Shown here piece after piece: positions 19,692-30,875 of a stretch of DNA of 64,000 nt. The notes beneath the pieces were generated by a model. That model was given only the letters and a program-made list of their open reading frames with translations, was not told where the DNA came from and searched no databases. Location of the stretch: positions 1 through 64,000 of IMG/VR virus record IMGVR_UViG_3300025600_000001; one strand, 5' to 3'. The stretch is from a virus. Made by a program: the position numbers and the translations under genes. Every line of letters starts with the position of its first letter. Within the stretch, counting starts at the first letter, position 1.

Positions 19692-20147
19692 AACCTTTTA
19701 AACTTATCTATATGAAATCTTTATTTTTATTTATTGGAACATATGCTATAATAGTTAGAGATACTGTTACAGCACAATTAGATAGTAATCTTAATCTACT
19801 TGAAGAGATTGAAAATGAATACGATCAATATTATCTGTAATGCATTTATTAACAGATTCTCCGATTGATCTACTAGATATAGTAAAAATATTAATATATT
19901 TGACATTAGCTATACTACTAATTGATTTACTATTCTCTAGTTGGAGACGTAAATGAATATTCTATATTGTATATAAAGGAGTTATTAAATTCTCCTTTAT
20001 ATATACCTTGATTTAATTAATGCTACTGAGTCTGGTTTACTACCTAGAATATAGGATTAAACAAAAAGTGCTGTCTGGTAAATCAGTGATCCTGTAAAGT
20101 CAGACCATTAATTATTTTTATTTGAAACCTGTTAATTTATAAATAAA

Positions 20148-20480
20148 ATGGCAAACGCAAAAGAAGAATTTTTAAGAGTAACTAAAAGAAAAACTCTTAA
20201 GTGTGCTACAATTTCTCAAGGGGATGGTTACTACTGGGATGAAGTAAAGGATGGTCCTAAACCAGATAATAGTATTAATCTTCCCGTAGGATTTACAAAA
20301 GGTGAATATCTTACATTTCTTGAGAAGATTAATTTTAACTATGATTCTGGTTATGGTGGCCAAGAATTATTTGGTACTATTTGGAATAATGATGGTTCAT
20401 GGCTTGAGAGAGGTGAATATGATGGTTCTGAATGGTGGGACTTCCATAACTATCCTGAAATTCCTGATTATTTACAATAA
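20148..20480 (+). CDS. Conserved phage hypothetical protein
   Basis: YDSGYGGQELFGTIW..DGSWLERGEYDGSEWW motif, familiar from many phage early proteins. Confidence 0.75.
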   Translation: MANAKEEFLRVTKRKTLKCATISQGDGYYWDEVKDGPKPDNSINLPVGFTKGEYLTFLEKINFNYDSGYGGQELFGTIWNNDGSWLERGEYDGSEWWDFHNYPEIPDYLQ

Positions 20481-20500
20481 TATCATAAATGGATAATATT

Positions 20501-20695
20501 AGTTACCTGCTGAAGACAAACAATAATGGAGAAAGCCCAACGGGAGTCTTGAAATTATAGTCATGCTAAGATGATGATTGTTTGTTGTAAGATATATTTG
20601 ATATAGCAATGTAAATTGTCTATCCTATGGATTTGTAGAACTACATATAAGATAGGTCATGAAAATATATTCCACTTAGAAATGGACAGGTAACT
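20501..20695 (+). ncRNA. Predicted ~195-nt multibranch structured RNA, family unknown
   Basis: Closing helix 20501-20509/20687-20695; internal helices 20516-20524/20577-20585 and atatattt/aaatatat; followed by a U-tract. Confidence 0.5.
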
Positions 20696-20706
20696 TTTTT
20701 ATTTAT

Positions 20707-20714
20707 TATATTTG
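20707..20714 (+). promoter_or_regulatory. Bacteroidota -7 promoter element (TATATTTG) upstream of the tmRNA
   Basis: Exact TAnnTTTG match about 25 nt upstream of the first tmRNA helix. Confidence 0.6.
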
Positions 20715-20737
20715 TAAACTAAAATATAATCTATTCT

Positions 20738-21001
20738 GATTACAGAGTCTTGTGTTTGGACGAGGACTCGTTATCCTCCACCTCCACGTAATTACTTGAT
20801 TATTAGTAATTTATGAATTACGTATACCAATTGAGTTGAAGTGGCCGCAGGAATAACACTTTAAATCTCTTGCATTTTTATAAGGGGGTGATCGAATTGA
20901 CAGCATGTGGATGAGTAATCTGTGATATTCACAAAGAATGGATTTGAATAACAGGCAACACTGTTGAAATGAATAGGCAATCGTTTAGAATGGCTGCCTA
21001 G
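20738..21001 (+). ncRNA. ssrA: Circularly permuted (two-piece) tmRNA
   Basis: The acceptor piece comes first: T-arm GAGGA-CTCGTTA-TCCTC plus CACCTCC-A at 20762-20786. The coding piece begins GGGGGTG at 20884, giving a 7-bp acceptor stem with G3.U70. Tag ORF 20954-21001 reads GNTVEMNRQSFRMAA*. P2 pairing gattac/gtaatc. Confidence 0.88.
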
Positions 21002-21007
21002 TCCGTC

Positions 21008-21036
21008 TGCCAGAGAACGTTATCTCTGGCATTTTT
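21008..21036 (+). terminator. Intrinsic terminator of the tmRNA
   Basis: tgccagaga...tctctggca followed by ttttt. Confidence 0.8.
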
Positions 21037-21064
21037 ATTTAAAAACCCATTAAATTTATATATT

Positions 21065-24000
21065 ATGAGTAAATATTATTTGTGTGATGATCTTAATGAA
21101 GATCTAGCTAAGAAATCAGAATGTACTGCTACAATAAAAAATGGTCGTACAATGTATTCAGTTAGTAATGATCGTGAAGAATCTTTTGTAAATAAAGCTG
21201 ATAGTTTTAATATCATAGTTATGAGAATTAGTGCTATTGAAGGCTTAAAAATGATGTTATAATGAAAACTTATTTTATAAAAATCTCAACAAAAGAGATA
21301 AGAAAGTTAGCATTTAGTGATATGACAAATTCTAATATAAAAATTAGTGTATTTAATTACGCTAAATTAATTAGAGAATTACCTAAAGAATTAATTATTA
21401 AAATACCTATTAACTTATGAAAAAGTATATAATGCTATTGGTATGTATATTGATGATTGTATCATCATGCAGTATGAACAAGAGAATTAAACATTATCCT
21501 CGTCATGCTTATAGTAAGGCTAATGATAGAAATTTTATTTATAATGCTCGTAATGGACATTATTATTTCAAGTGGTAAAAACTCTTTAAAACATTTATAT
21601 GAAATACTCAAAAAAGAAGTTCAAAGAACTTTGGGATTCTGATGAAAATGGTGGAGGAATTACATTAGGTGATATTGCTGATTGTGCAAAAGATTGGAAA
21701 TTATTTTCTACACCTAGAATTCATCCTATTAGAAAAGTTGAAGCAGCTGTGTTAAAAGCAGCTAATTGTGAATAGAAATCCTTTAAATTTATTTATATGA
21801 AACCCATTCAATGTATTGTAGGATTAGTCCTACTAATTATTTCAATGATAATATTTCATGATCCTGATGGACCACATTTTCAATCTTCAGCAGAGATTAT
21901 AGGTTCAATTATTAGTCCTATTCTATTTGTAATAGGATGTATAGTAATAGTAATGTCTTTTGGTAAGGAGGATAAATCATGAACAAACATATCATGCCTA
22001 AAGGATCAATCATTAAGATTGGTTGGTCCATTATAGTTTTTAATTCAAATATTATTGAGAAAAGTTTATTGTTTTTAAATTAAAATCCAAAAAGAAATGA
22101 ATAAACTAAAAATGTATACTCTCGCATTACAATTGATGCGAGAGTTTAACTATCATGAAGATAGTCATATTACAGGACTATGTAAGGTATTATGTGGAGC
22201 TATATATCTTGATAAATTTAATATTACTTATACTAAAGCTGTCGATAGTGATGATCCTAAATATAGAGATATTTGGAGGTATGTAACTTGTAATGTACGA
22301 AATAACATGAACTTACTTGAAATCTCTAAACACAAACCCAAAGGACATCATATATTCTGGCCTATTACAAGTACTCAAAGAATAGCTATTTTAGAACAGG
22401 CTATTAAAGAAGTTAATCCTTCTGAAATATTTTATTATGGACAATAAAATCTAAAATCGTGAAAATAGAACTTATTAGAATACCAATTAAAGATTCTGAC
22501 AAAAAGAAAACTGTTGGATGGAATCTTATAGCTGAGACAATTGAAGAGAAATTGATTCTTGGTTCTGTTCGTCATGCTCATTTCTGGGCAGAAAAAAATG
22601 ATGAAGTGACATACAATGGTTATATTCCTGATTCTGAAGATGATAAGTATGTAGGTGTAATTAAATATGCTACAAGAGCATATCAATTAACACAACATGA
22701 TGAAACTATGAGCAAACTTTTAAATATCTCTAATAAATCTAAATGATATGTATATAGCTATAAAGAATGATGATATATATAAAGGAACCTCTTTATATGA
22801 ACTAATAGAAGAGATCTTTGATATTGAAGTAACTGATAGTGGTTTCGTAATAGTAGATGGTAAACCAGATTTAATTAGTTACAGTATAAAAGACTACAAT
22901 AAAGCTGAAATGCTTACTGATTTTATGGCACATCGTGCTAATCAGTTATTAAAACGACAAGGTTATAAACTATACAAAGAGATAGAATTATGAATAACTT
23001 TCAAAAGTTTATGGTAGATCCTCTTAATAAGCAAATTATTGATGAGATTATCCAATTATATCATCCAGGTACTACAATCAAATATAAAGTGGGATATCTA
23101 TATAGTTGGATAACTATTATAGGTAAAGGAATTGGTATTGGAATTGAATTTGTAATTCCTTATTTTGGTGAAGGATGGAAATTAGAAGATTTTGTTAAAG
23201 TTTATGACACAAGTAATTTCAAAGCTTGGAGATTCTATGATGATGGTAAAGATTTAGAGGTTAATGATACAGATGATATTGATGTCAATCCAATATTGGC
23301 AAAATTCAATGTTCCCAGACCAACACCAACACAAATGTTTGATTATTATTACGAAGATTAATTTAAAATTAAAACCCATGAAAAAACTTATTATTATTCT
23401 GATGTCGTTCATGTTAGCAACATCTATTCCTGCTGAGGCAGGTATATTTACATTTATTTCTCATGTTGGTAATAATGTTCAAAGAAACAAAAGACATAGA
23501 GAGTTTAAAAGGAGGAAAAGACAAAATCTTCAAAGACAACATATAATACAAACTCATAATTATAAAGCCAAAAGACATGGTTCTAAAAGATTTTAAATTT
23601 CCAAAGAATAGACATATGTATAATACCATTCCTGAATTACTTGAAGAAGCAAGAATAAGAGGCTTTGTAGATGATCATGGACCATATGTCAGATTATTTA
23701 GTAATTTATTCTTCAATGGTGGAGAAGTTCAACCTAAACCTGATATTGATCAGGCTTATTACGATAGAATGTGGAGATATATTCGTGGATATATGGGAAG
23801 CTTTATTGCTAAACATGAATCTAAAGAAGCTATTTGTGCTATGCTATTAAGTGAAATCGTTCTTCCTACATTAGCAGGAAAGAAATAATATATGGGTTTT
23901 TCTGATAGGGGGGAAACCCCCTTGACGAAAAATTCTATTAATATTATAAAATTATTTAATATGAAACGTAGTTATAATACAGATTCTGAAGAATATGAAT

Positions 24001-24883
24001 TAGCTGAGGAATTCAAATTAGACGAACAAGAGTTTGATTACACATATGAAGATCCTGAAGATGAATAGAGGATTAGATATAAACGCTCTTATATATAAAG
24101 AGCAATTACGAAATAGATGGATTAATAAATCAATAAAACCCATAAAAGTATGTTAACATTAGAAGAATTAGTAGCATTTCCTAAAGGGGAAGTATTTGCT
24201 ACAGGTGTACTTCCTAATAGTCCTGAAGAATTATACATGGTGGATTCTGATCTTAGTAGAAATCTACGTTGGATAGCTAAAAAAGGTTTTGGCTACGATG
24301 ACTGGTCATTATACTGTCATTGGGATGACAAGGATGTTGAATGGATTAAAAAACATGGTGATAAAGTGACAGATAGGCAAAATATTCAAAGATGTGTGCC
24401 TTGTGAAGATGATGTAATGAGACATTATAGAATGTAATTATGTGTCTCATTACTGAAAAATCACCTAAAATCCTCAAGGAGGATTTGGTAGTGTATAAGT
24501 TATTGAGAGATGATTTAACTTCTATTTTTCAAGGTTACGATTATCAATTAGGAGTGTTATATGGTCCAAGAGAATTAGAAGCTGATGTTGAAAGTGAATA
24601 TTTCTTTGCAGATTCTGAAGCGAAGCGGTATTATTCAAATAATGAAGATCCTGAGGATGTACGTATACATCTTTTTAGATTTAATTTACATGGATATGCT
24701 AAAGGATTTCACTTTTATACTACTAAAGAAAGAGCTCGTAGAAGTATATATAATTGGTATTCTCTTGTAGAATGTATAGTTCCAAAAGGATCTACTGTTG
24801 TATTTGATAGTACTGGTCTTGGTATAGCATCACAAATTAAAATTATTAAAATCTTATCAAATGAGAACACATATCAAAAATAA
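21065..24883 (+). other. Array of small early hypothetical ORFs (e.g. 21065-21262, 21797-21982, 22097-22447, 22459-22746, 22748-22993, 22990-23361, 23577-23888, 24150-24437, 24440-24883)
   Basis: Tightly packed co-oriented short ORFs with no recognisable function. Confidence 0.65.
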
Positions 24884-25008
24884 AGGACGTATTATTACGA
24901 CACGTTCTACTACTACTATAGAAAGTACAACATTTTATATCAAGAAAAAGCACTTAAATGCTATTATTGATTCAAGGTTGGAAAAAATGGGAATAAATCC
25001 AAGAAACC

Positions 25009-25581
25009 ATGAAACATTATAAGTTTGATGAAGACAATCTAACCTTTGTGATGATCAGGCATTACACTAAACCATTATTGTTTATTATTGCTCTTAGCAT
25101 ATGCATATCAATAGGATTTGCAATCACTATGCATAAAGAGAGAAAGTTAATAGCTACAGAGATAAAAGTTATTCTATTAGAACAAGATGCTTTTTCTCAG
25201 GAGAAATTGATAGAATTGATTAAGAGAATGAACTTTCAATTTCCTTATATTGTGTTAGCTCAAGCAATTCATGAAAGTAATAATTTTAAATCATCATTAT
25301 TCCTTGAGAATCACAATACTTTTGGCATGAAGTGTCCACTTCAGAGAGTAAATTCAGCAAATGGGTCACAAAGAGGTTATGCCTATTATGACACATGGAA
25401 AGAATCAGTATATGACTATGGTCTATATACTATGTCTTATTTAAATAAGATAACTTCTGAAGAGATGTATTACAGTTTTCTCAGTCAATTTTATGCTGAG
25501 GATCCTGACTATGTTGAGAAGCTTGAGCTTCTTATAATTCAAAAAGATTTGAAATCATTATTTATAAACCCTTTAAATTAA
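25009..25581 (+). CDS. Membrane-anchored glucosaminidase-family (GH73-like) peptidoglycan hydrolase
   Basis: N-terminal TM helix; IVLAQAIHESNNFKS...HNTFGMK...YAYYDTWKESVYDY...YAEDPDY. Confidence 0.75.
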   Translation: MKHYKFDEDNLTFVMIRHYTKPLLFIIALSICISIGFAITMHKERKLIATEIKVILLEQDAFSQEKLIELIKRMNFQFPYIVLAQAIHESNNFKSSLFLENHNTFGMKCPLQRVNSANGSQRGYAYYDTWKESVYDYGLYTMSYLNKITSEEMYYSFLSQFYAEDPDYVEKLELLIIQKDLKSLFINPLN

Positions 25582-25586
25582 TTATT

Positions 25587-26334
25587 ATGAATTATTTACT
25601 AATTGCTATTGTATTTGTTAGTTGTATGATTGTTCTTGTGTATCGTATTGTTCAGTTAACTGAAATGTTACAAGATGGTAATGTGATAATTGAAGAAAGA
25701 GAGATAAAGATTAACTCTGATACTAATAAAATTAACTATTTAAGAGGTAAATTGGATGAAGTTAACGACAAAATTGAAAGTTTACAGGTTGTAAATGATC
25801 AACAAGCTTTAACTATTAAAGATTTTCAAATAGTTACTGGTTCTGCATATGTAAATACAGCTAAGAAAGTATATCCTAATGCTCCTGCAGAAACAATTAA
25901 GAAAGCTGTCATTAGGGATGCTAAAGGTCATTTTGTAAAACATTAATTAATAAGCTGTTCTATCGGCTATACGGGAATTTTTATGACAGAATATACAAAA
26001 AATGCATTACAAGAAGCCAAAGATTGGTGTAATGAAAATGAGAAGAGCACCGAATTTACACTTGAATATATGCAAGATTATGCAATGGTTGATCTTAATT
26101 GTGTATTAAACTTTTTAGATCCTGACAATGATTGAAATATTAAAATTTGCCTGTAGTGGATTCTTTACATTTATAGGAACCTGTATATTAATCTCAGTAA
26201 TCCTGTATTTTGTTATCAATGGAATAATAAAAATCTTATCAAGATTTTTAAGACTATTAATGATACTATTTCGTGGATGGCCACCAGAACATTTAGATGC
26301 TGATGGAGATTGGAAACCTTTAAAACCTAGTTAA
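25587..26334 (+). other. Small membrane-anchored ORFs (25587-25946 TM plus coiled coil; 26128-26334)
   Basis: Hydrophobic N-termini. Confidence 0.5.
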
Positions 26335-26335
26335 T

Positions 26336-26920
26336 ATGGAGACTGAAGAATTAGTTATACAAACAAAGAAATGCTCAAATCCTTTGTGTGGTTTAATAAA
26401 ACCAGTTACTGAATTTTATACAAATAAAACTGCAAAAGATGGATTTAGATCAGTATGTAAATCATGTGTGGCAATTCAATCCAAAAATTATGACAATAAT
26501 AAGAGATTATCAATTATTGAATATCAAAAAAAATATAGAGAAAATCACAAAACACAATTAAAAGAGTATATTAAAAAATATCAATTTAATAATAGTGAAA
26601 GAGAAAGAGAAAGAATTAGACTATGGACTAAAGAAAATCCAGAAAAACGTCGAGTAATAACTAATTTATATTATAAAAAAAATCTAGAAAAAATTAGAGA
26701 TTATCGTAACAAATGGAAAAAAAATAATCCAGAGCAATTCAAAATAAATGGTCAAAATACTTCTAGAAAAAGTGTATTATTATTAAATAATCATTATATC
26801 AAATCAACTCTTAGAAATATGGGATTTACTAATGATCAACTGAATGAAAATCCAGAATTAATTGAAGTAAAACTAATATATTTAAAAATATTAAGATTAT
26901 GCAAAACCTTACAGAATTAA
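26336..26920 (+). CDS. Zn-finger plus basic helical-repeat protein (HNH-endonuclease-like N-terminus, no HNH motif seen)
   Basis: KKCSNPLCGLIKPVTEFY...DGFRSVCKSC followed by K/E/R/Y-rich repeats. Confidence 0.6.
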   Translation: METEELVIQTKKCSNPLCGLIKPVTEFYTNKTAKDGFRSVCKSCVAIQSKNYDNNKRLSIIEYQKKYRENHKTQLKEYIKKYQFNNSERERERIRLWTKENPEKRRVITNLYYKKNLEKIRDYRNKWKKNNPEQFKINGQNTSRKSVLLLNNHYIKSTLRNMGFTNDQLNENPELIEVKLIYLKILRLCKTLQN

Positions 26921-29749
26921 GAGAAAGCCTTCTTGATAATTATATCAAAATTAAAGCAGGTAAAATGGGACTAAATACTGCAAAAGAATTATCTAATGTT
27001 GCAGGAAAAGTATTAAAAGCTACTCAAATAGAATTAGCTGAAAATATATTTTTAGGAAATAAAGTACCTATATCATTTTTGAAAACATCATCTGAAATAA
27101 TAAAAAAGTAAATTATGGAACCCAAAAAGAAAAAAGCAAAGATTTGGAAATATAGTCCTTTTCATTCTTTTAATATCATAGAAGAAGATGTTATAATTAG
27201 TAATACTATGACAAGTCAACAATATCAGACTGGCACATATGTAATTATTAATAATGATCCAGCAATGCAATTTAGTGTTGATCCTAAGACTATGATGAAA
27301 GCTGAAAAGAAGCTTAAAGCTGATATGATTAGTGGTAAAATCACTGAACTTATATTATCTTCTCCTATTAGAGTAACGTTGGATGAAAATGGATTTTATA
27401 TACAACTAGAAGATGAGTAAAGAAGAAGAAAAAGAAAAATGGATTAAATATATATCATATGGGATATTTCCTTGTGAATTGAGAGTGTTTTATGGAATGA
27501 CTTATAAAGAGATTCGTGAGAATCTTATAAAAGATCTTCCTGAAAGTGTACATTATCAGATTAAAAGATTAAAAGGAAAATATGATGGAAGAACTACAAT
27601 ATTCTCTACAGGTCAAACTGTAATAGTATTAAATGAAAATACTTATGATGTTATAGCTCATGAAGCATTCCATGCTACAGAAATGTTATTATCTAAATTA
27701 AAAATACGTCATTGTAATAATACCTCTGAAGTGTATGCTTATATGACTGGTTATATTGTTGGAGAAATTACTACTAAAAACTCTGATATAAAATGAAAGA
27801 CAAATTAATGAAATTAAGTCAAGAAAAAGGTTTTTTATCTTTATATAAACTAACTGACGTCGATGAGTCATATTACTATTTGTGGATGATGCAAATTCAT
27901 AAATGGTTAAGAGAAGTTCACAATTGTTATATTAAAATAGTTCCTGAAGCTTATACCACTGGAATAAATTTTAATTGGCAAGTATTGTTCTACGATCCTT
28001 TAGATATAGATTGTTGGAGTGATCTTTCTACTGGATTATATGGAGATAATGGGGAATTCCCTACATATGAATTAGCTTTAGAAGCTGCATTGTTAAAATC
28101 ACTAACACTTATTTAATATGATAGATTTAAAAAAACAAATCGAAGAAGCTGTTAATAACAATTTTTCAGATGGAAAAACTTCTCCTATCGGGTCAAGTAG
28201 AAGATCTCTATATGAATATAATAAACAATCATTCATTAATGGTATAAAATCAGAAGTAGCCAAAGAATATCATACCCAGAATATGTATACTGAGGAGGAA
28301 GTACTAACTATTATATCAAAGCTTGGTGAATTTGACTCAATGTCTTCAAGCTGGCTTAGTGCCTGGTTTAAAAAAAATAAAAAGAAATAGATATGTATTA
28401 TTTAGCACAATTAGTTCTTAGAAACTACATACCTCTTCAAATAAAAGAAGGTATGATATTCAAAAATGTTCTTTTTCCTAATACAGATAAAGAAATAATT
28501 GAAATTTGGAAGATGGATAAGTATAAAACAAAATGGACTCAAGCTGCTCTTAGTATTGAGGATGTCTTTACTAAAATTGGCTATCCTGTAGAACTCATGA
28601 TTCTTGATAGAAATAGTGGAACACTTGCTACAGCTGATCAAATTGGTTGGTGGGATGAAGGAGAAGACACTGAAGATCTCAGAGACATTACTCTTGCAGA
28701 TATCAATAGAATTCTACAGAATAATGGAGATGTTGAAATTGATATTAGTGAAGAAGCTTTTGGAATACATCAAATTATTCCAACTGTTTCAGAAGGTAAG
28801 GTGATCCTTCGTATACCTATTGATGTTATTGATGAAGACGATATTGATGATTTATTTACTGATAACATTCCTAATGAGAAAGACTATGGAGATGATATTC
28901 TGTTTGATGATAGTTATTTTCTTTAAAACTTTTTAAAATGGAAAAATCATTCGTAACTTTAGAAAAGAAAGTGTGTGTTATCTGTGGACATGAGCACGAA
29001 ACAGGTGATCTGTTACTTGATAAGTATATGAAAAAAAAGTTTGAAAAATATACCACTACAGGATATGATCATTGTGATGAATGTCAAAAGAAATTAGACG
29101 ATCATTTTATTGCAATGGTAGAAATATCTAATTCTCCTTCAACAGATCAATCAACTATGAAAAAGGAAGATGCTAATAGAACAGGAGTAATTGTTTGGAT
29201 AAAAGCTTATGTAGCTGCTGAAATTTTTAATACAAAAATTAAAACTCCTATGGTGTTCGTAGACCCTAGAGTGGTAGAGATGTTAAAAACTGTAATACCT
29301 TCACATGATGGCAGCTAAATCTAAAAATTGGTTAGATGTATATGTGTGGATTAACAAAGTGTTAGATTCATGTGTTACAAAGGAACAAGTAGACAATACT
29401 AGGCATTTGTTCTTAAGATTTGAAGCAATGTATAACACTAGTTATATATCTGGAAAAATAAATGATTTAGTATGTAATCTTTATATAAAAGCAGTCATTC
29501 TTAGAGATGAAATATGTGAACAAGATTTAATTAATCGTATTAAAAAAAATATAGAAAATGAACAAAGAAGAAGCATTGGAAATGATGGAAACATCAGTTG
29601 ATATTAAAGATTGGAATGCCAAGAGAGAAATAGTTAAACATGATGACGATTGTGGAGGAATATTATTAGTTCAAACTACTCTTGATCAGAATGGAATGTG
29701 TGGTAAAGTCTTGAAAAAGAATATTAAGCTTAAAAGAATTGTTAGTTGA
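26899..29749 (+). other. Array of small hypothetical ORFs (26899-27111, 27115-27420, 27413-27796, 27793-28116, 28118-28390, 28393-28926, 28938-29318, 29305-29601, 29558-29749)
   Basis: Overlapping start/stop codons. 27413-27796 has an HEAFH (HExxH) motif; 28938-29318 has CxxC pairs. Confidence 0.65.
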
Positions 29750-29759
29750 TTGATTGATT

Positions 29760-29795
29760 TCCTCACTTTCTGTAATGGAAAGTGAGGATTTTTTT
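29760..29795 (+). terminator. Intrinsic terminator
   Basis: tcctcactttc-tgtaatg-gaaagtgagga followed by T7. Confidence 0.85.
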
Positions 29796-29903
29796 GTAAA
29801 TTTAAAAGAATAATTCTCTGCTCACATGAAAATAGACAGAAAATTTTGTTTCTATATAGAAATAAAATAGTTACCTTTACATCATTACTAAAATAACTGA
29901 TAT

Positions 29904-30875
29904 ATGTACAATTTAAATAAAGAAGAATTAGAAGATTTGTTTATAAAACAATCAAAAACATGTAAAGAAATAGCAAAGTATTTTAATTTGCCAATAATAA
30001 CTATTCAAAGACATTTGAGAAAACATAATCTAAGAAAAATAAGAAAAGAAACACCTTCATATGATGAGATTATTCAATTAAAACAAAAAGGCAAAACACA
30101 AACAGAAATAGCAAAATTATATGGTATAAGTAAATATACTATATCTAAAACTGTTCGTAGAAAACAAAAATTTGAGAGTGTACATCAAATAAATAATAGT
30201 AAAGTCGATGAGTCGAATGAAATGTTTTGGTATTTAGTTGGATTAATATCTGCAGATGGTCATGTTTGTTCTACAAATTCTATTGATATATATCAAACAA
30301 ACTCACTCTTCTTAACTAAATTAGGTAACTTTTTTGAACATACAGGAAAACTTACTTCTTGTATTACAAAAAATTCTACAAAGAATAAAATATACAGATT
30401 ACCTTTATATTCTATAAAATTAAAACAATGGTTTGTAGAAAAAGGAATAGAAAATGATAAAAGATACAATTGTCCATTCTTGTTAGTTCCTGAAGAATTT
30501 ATGAAATATTATATACGAGGTATATTTGATGGAGATGGATGTTTATATTATTCATTTACTTCAGGAATATTGATTTCTAGTCAGATAGAAATAAGTAGTG
30601 CTTCTGAATTAATGTTAACAGGATTGATGAAATATTTAAATAAATACAAGCCTAAAAGATATATAGTAAATAGAAATCAAGGAATTTGTGAAAAAATAAT
30701 AATAAACACAAAGAAAGAAATAGAAGATTTTTTAAAATGGATGTATTCAGGTAAATATTTAGATTATTGTTTATTTAGAAAATATAGATCTTATCTGATG
30801 TTGATGGAAATATTCAAATTACAAGAAAGTGTACAAAATCAAGCAATTTTTAATATAGAAAATAATAAAATATGA
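29904..30875 (+). CDS. LAGLIDADG homing endonuclease with N-terminal HTH repeats
   Basis: YLVGLISADG and YIRGIFDGDG motifs; stop overlaps the polymerase start (ATGA). Confidence 0.85.
   Translation: MYNLNKEELEDLFIKQSKTCKEIAKYFNLPIITIQRHLRKHNLRKIRKETPSYDEIIQLKQKGKTQTEIAKLYGISKYTISKTVRRKQKFESVHQINNSKVDESNEMFWYLVGLISADGHVCSTNSIDIYQTNSLFLTKLGNFFEHTGKLTSCITKNSTKNKIYRLPLYSIKLKQWFVEKGIENDKRYNCPFLLVPEEFMKYYIRGIFDGDGCLYYSFTSGILISSQIEISSASELMLTGLMKYLNKYKPKRYIVNRNQGICEKIIINTKKEIEDFLKWMYSGKYLDYCLFRKYRSYLMLMEIFKLQESVQNQAIFNIENNKI

Noticed and set aside
20510-20560. Hammerhead ribozyme (CTGAAGA...GAAA)
   Set aside because: Stem II cannot close properly next to the GAAA, and no compatible stems I/III were found.
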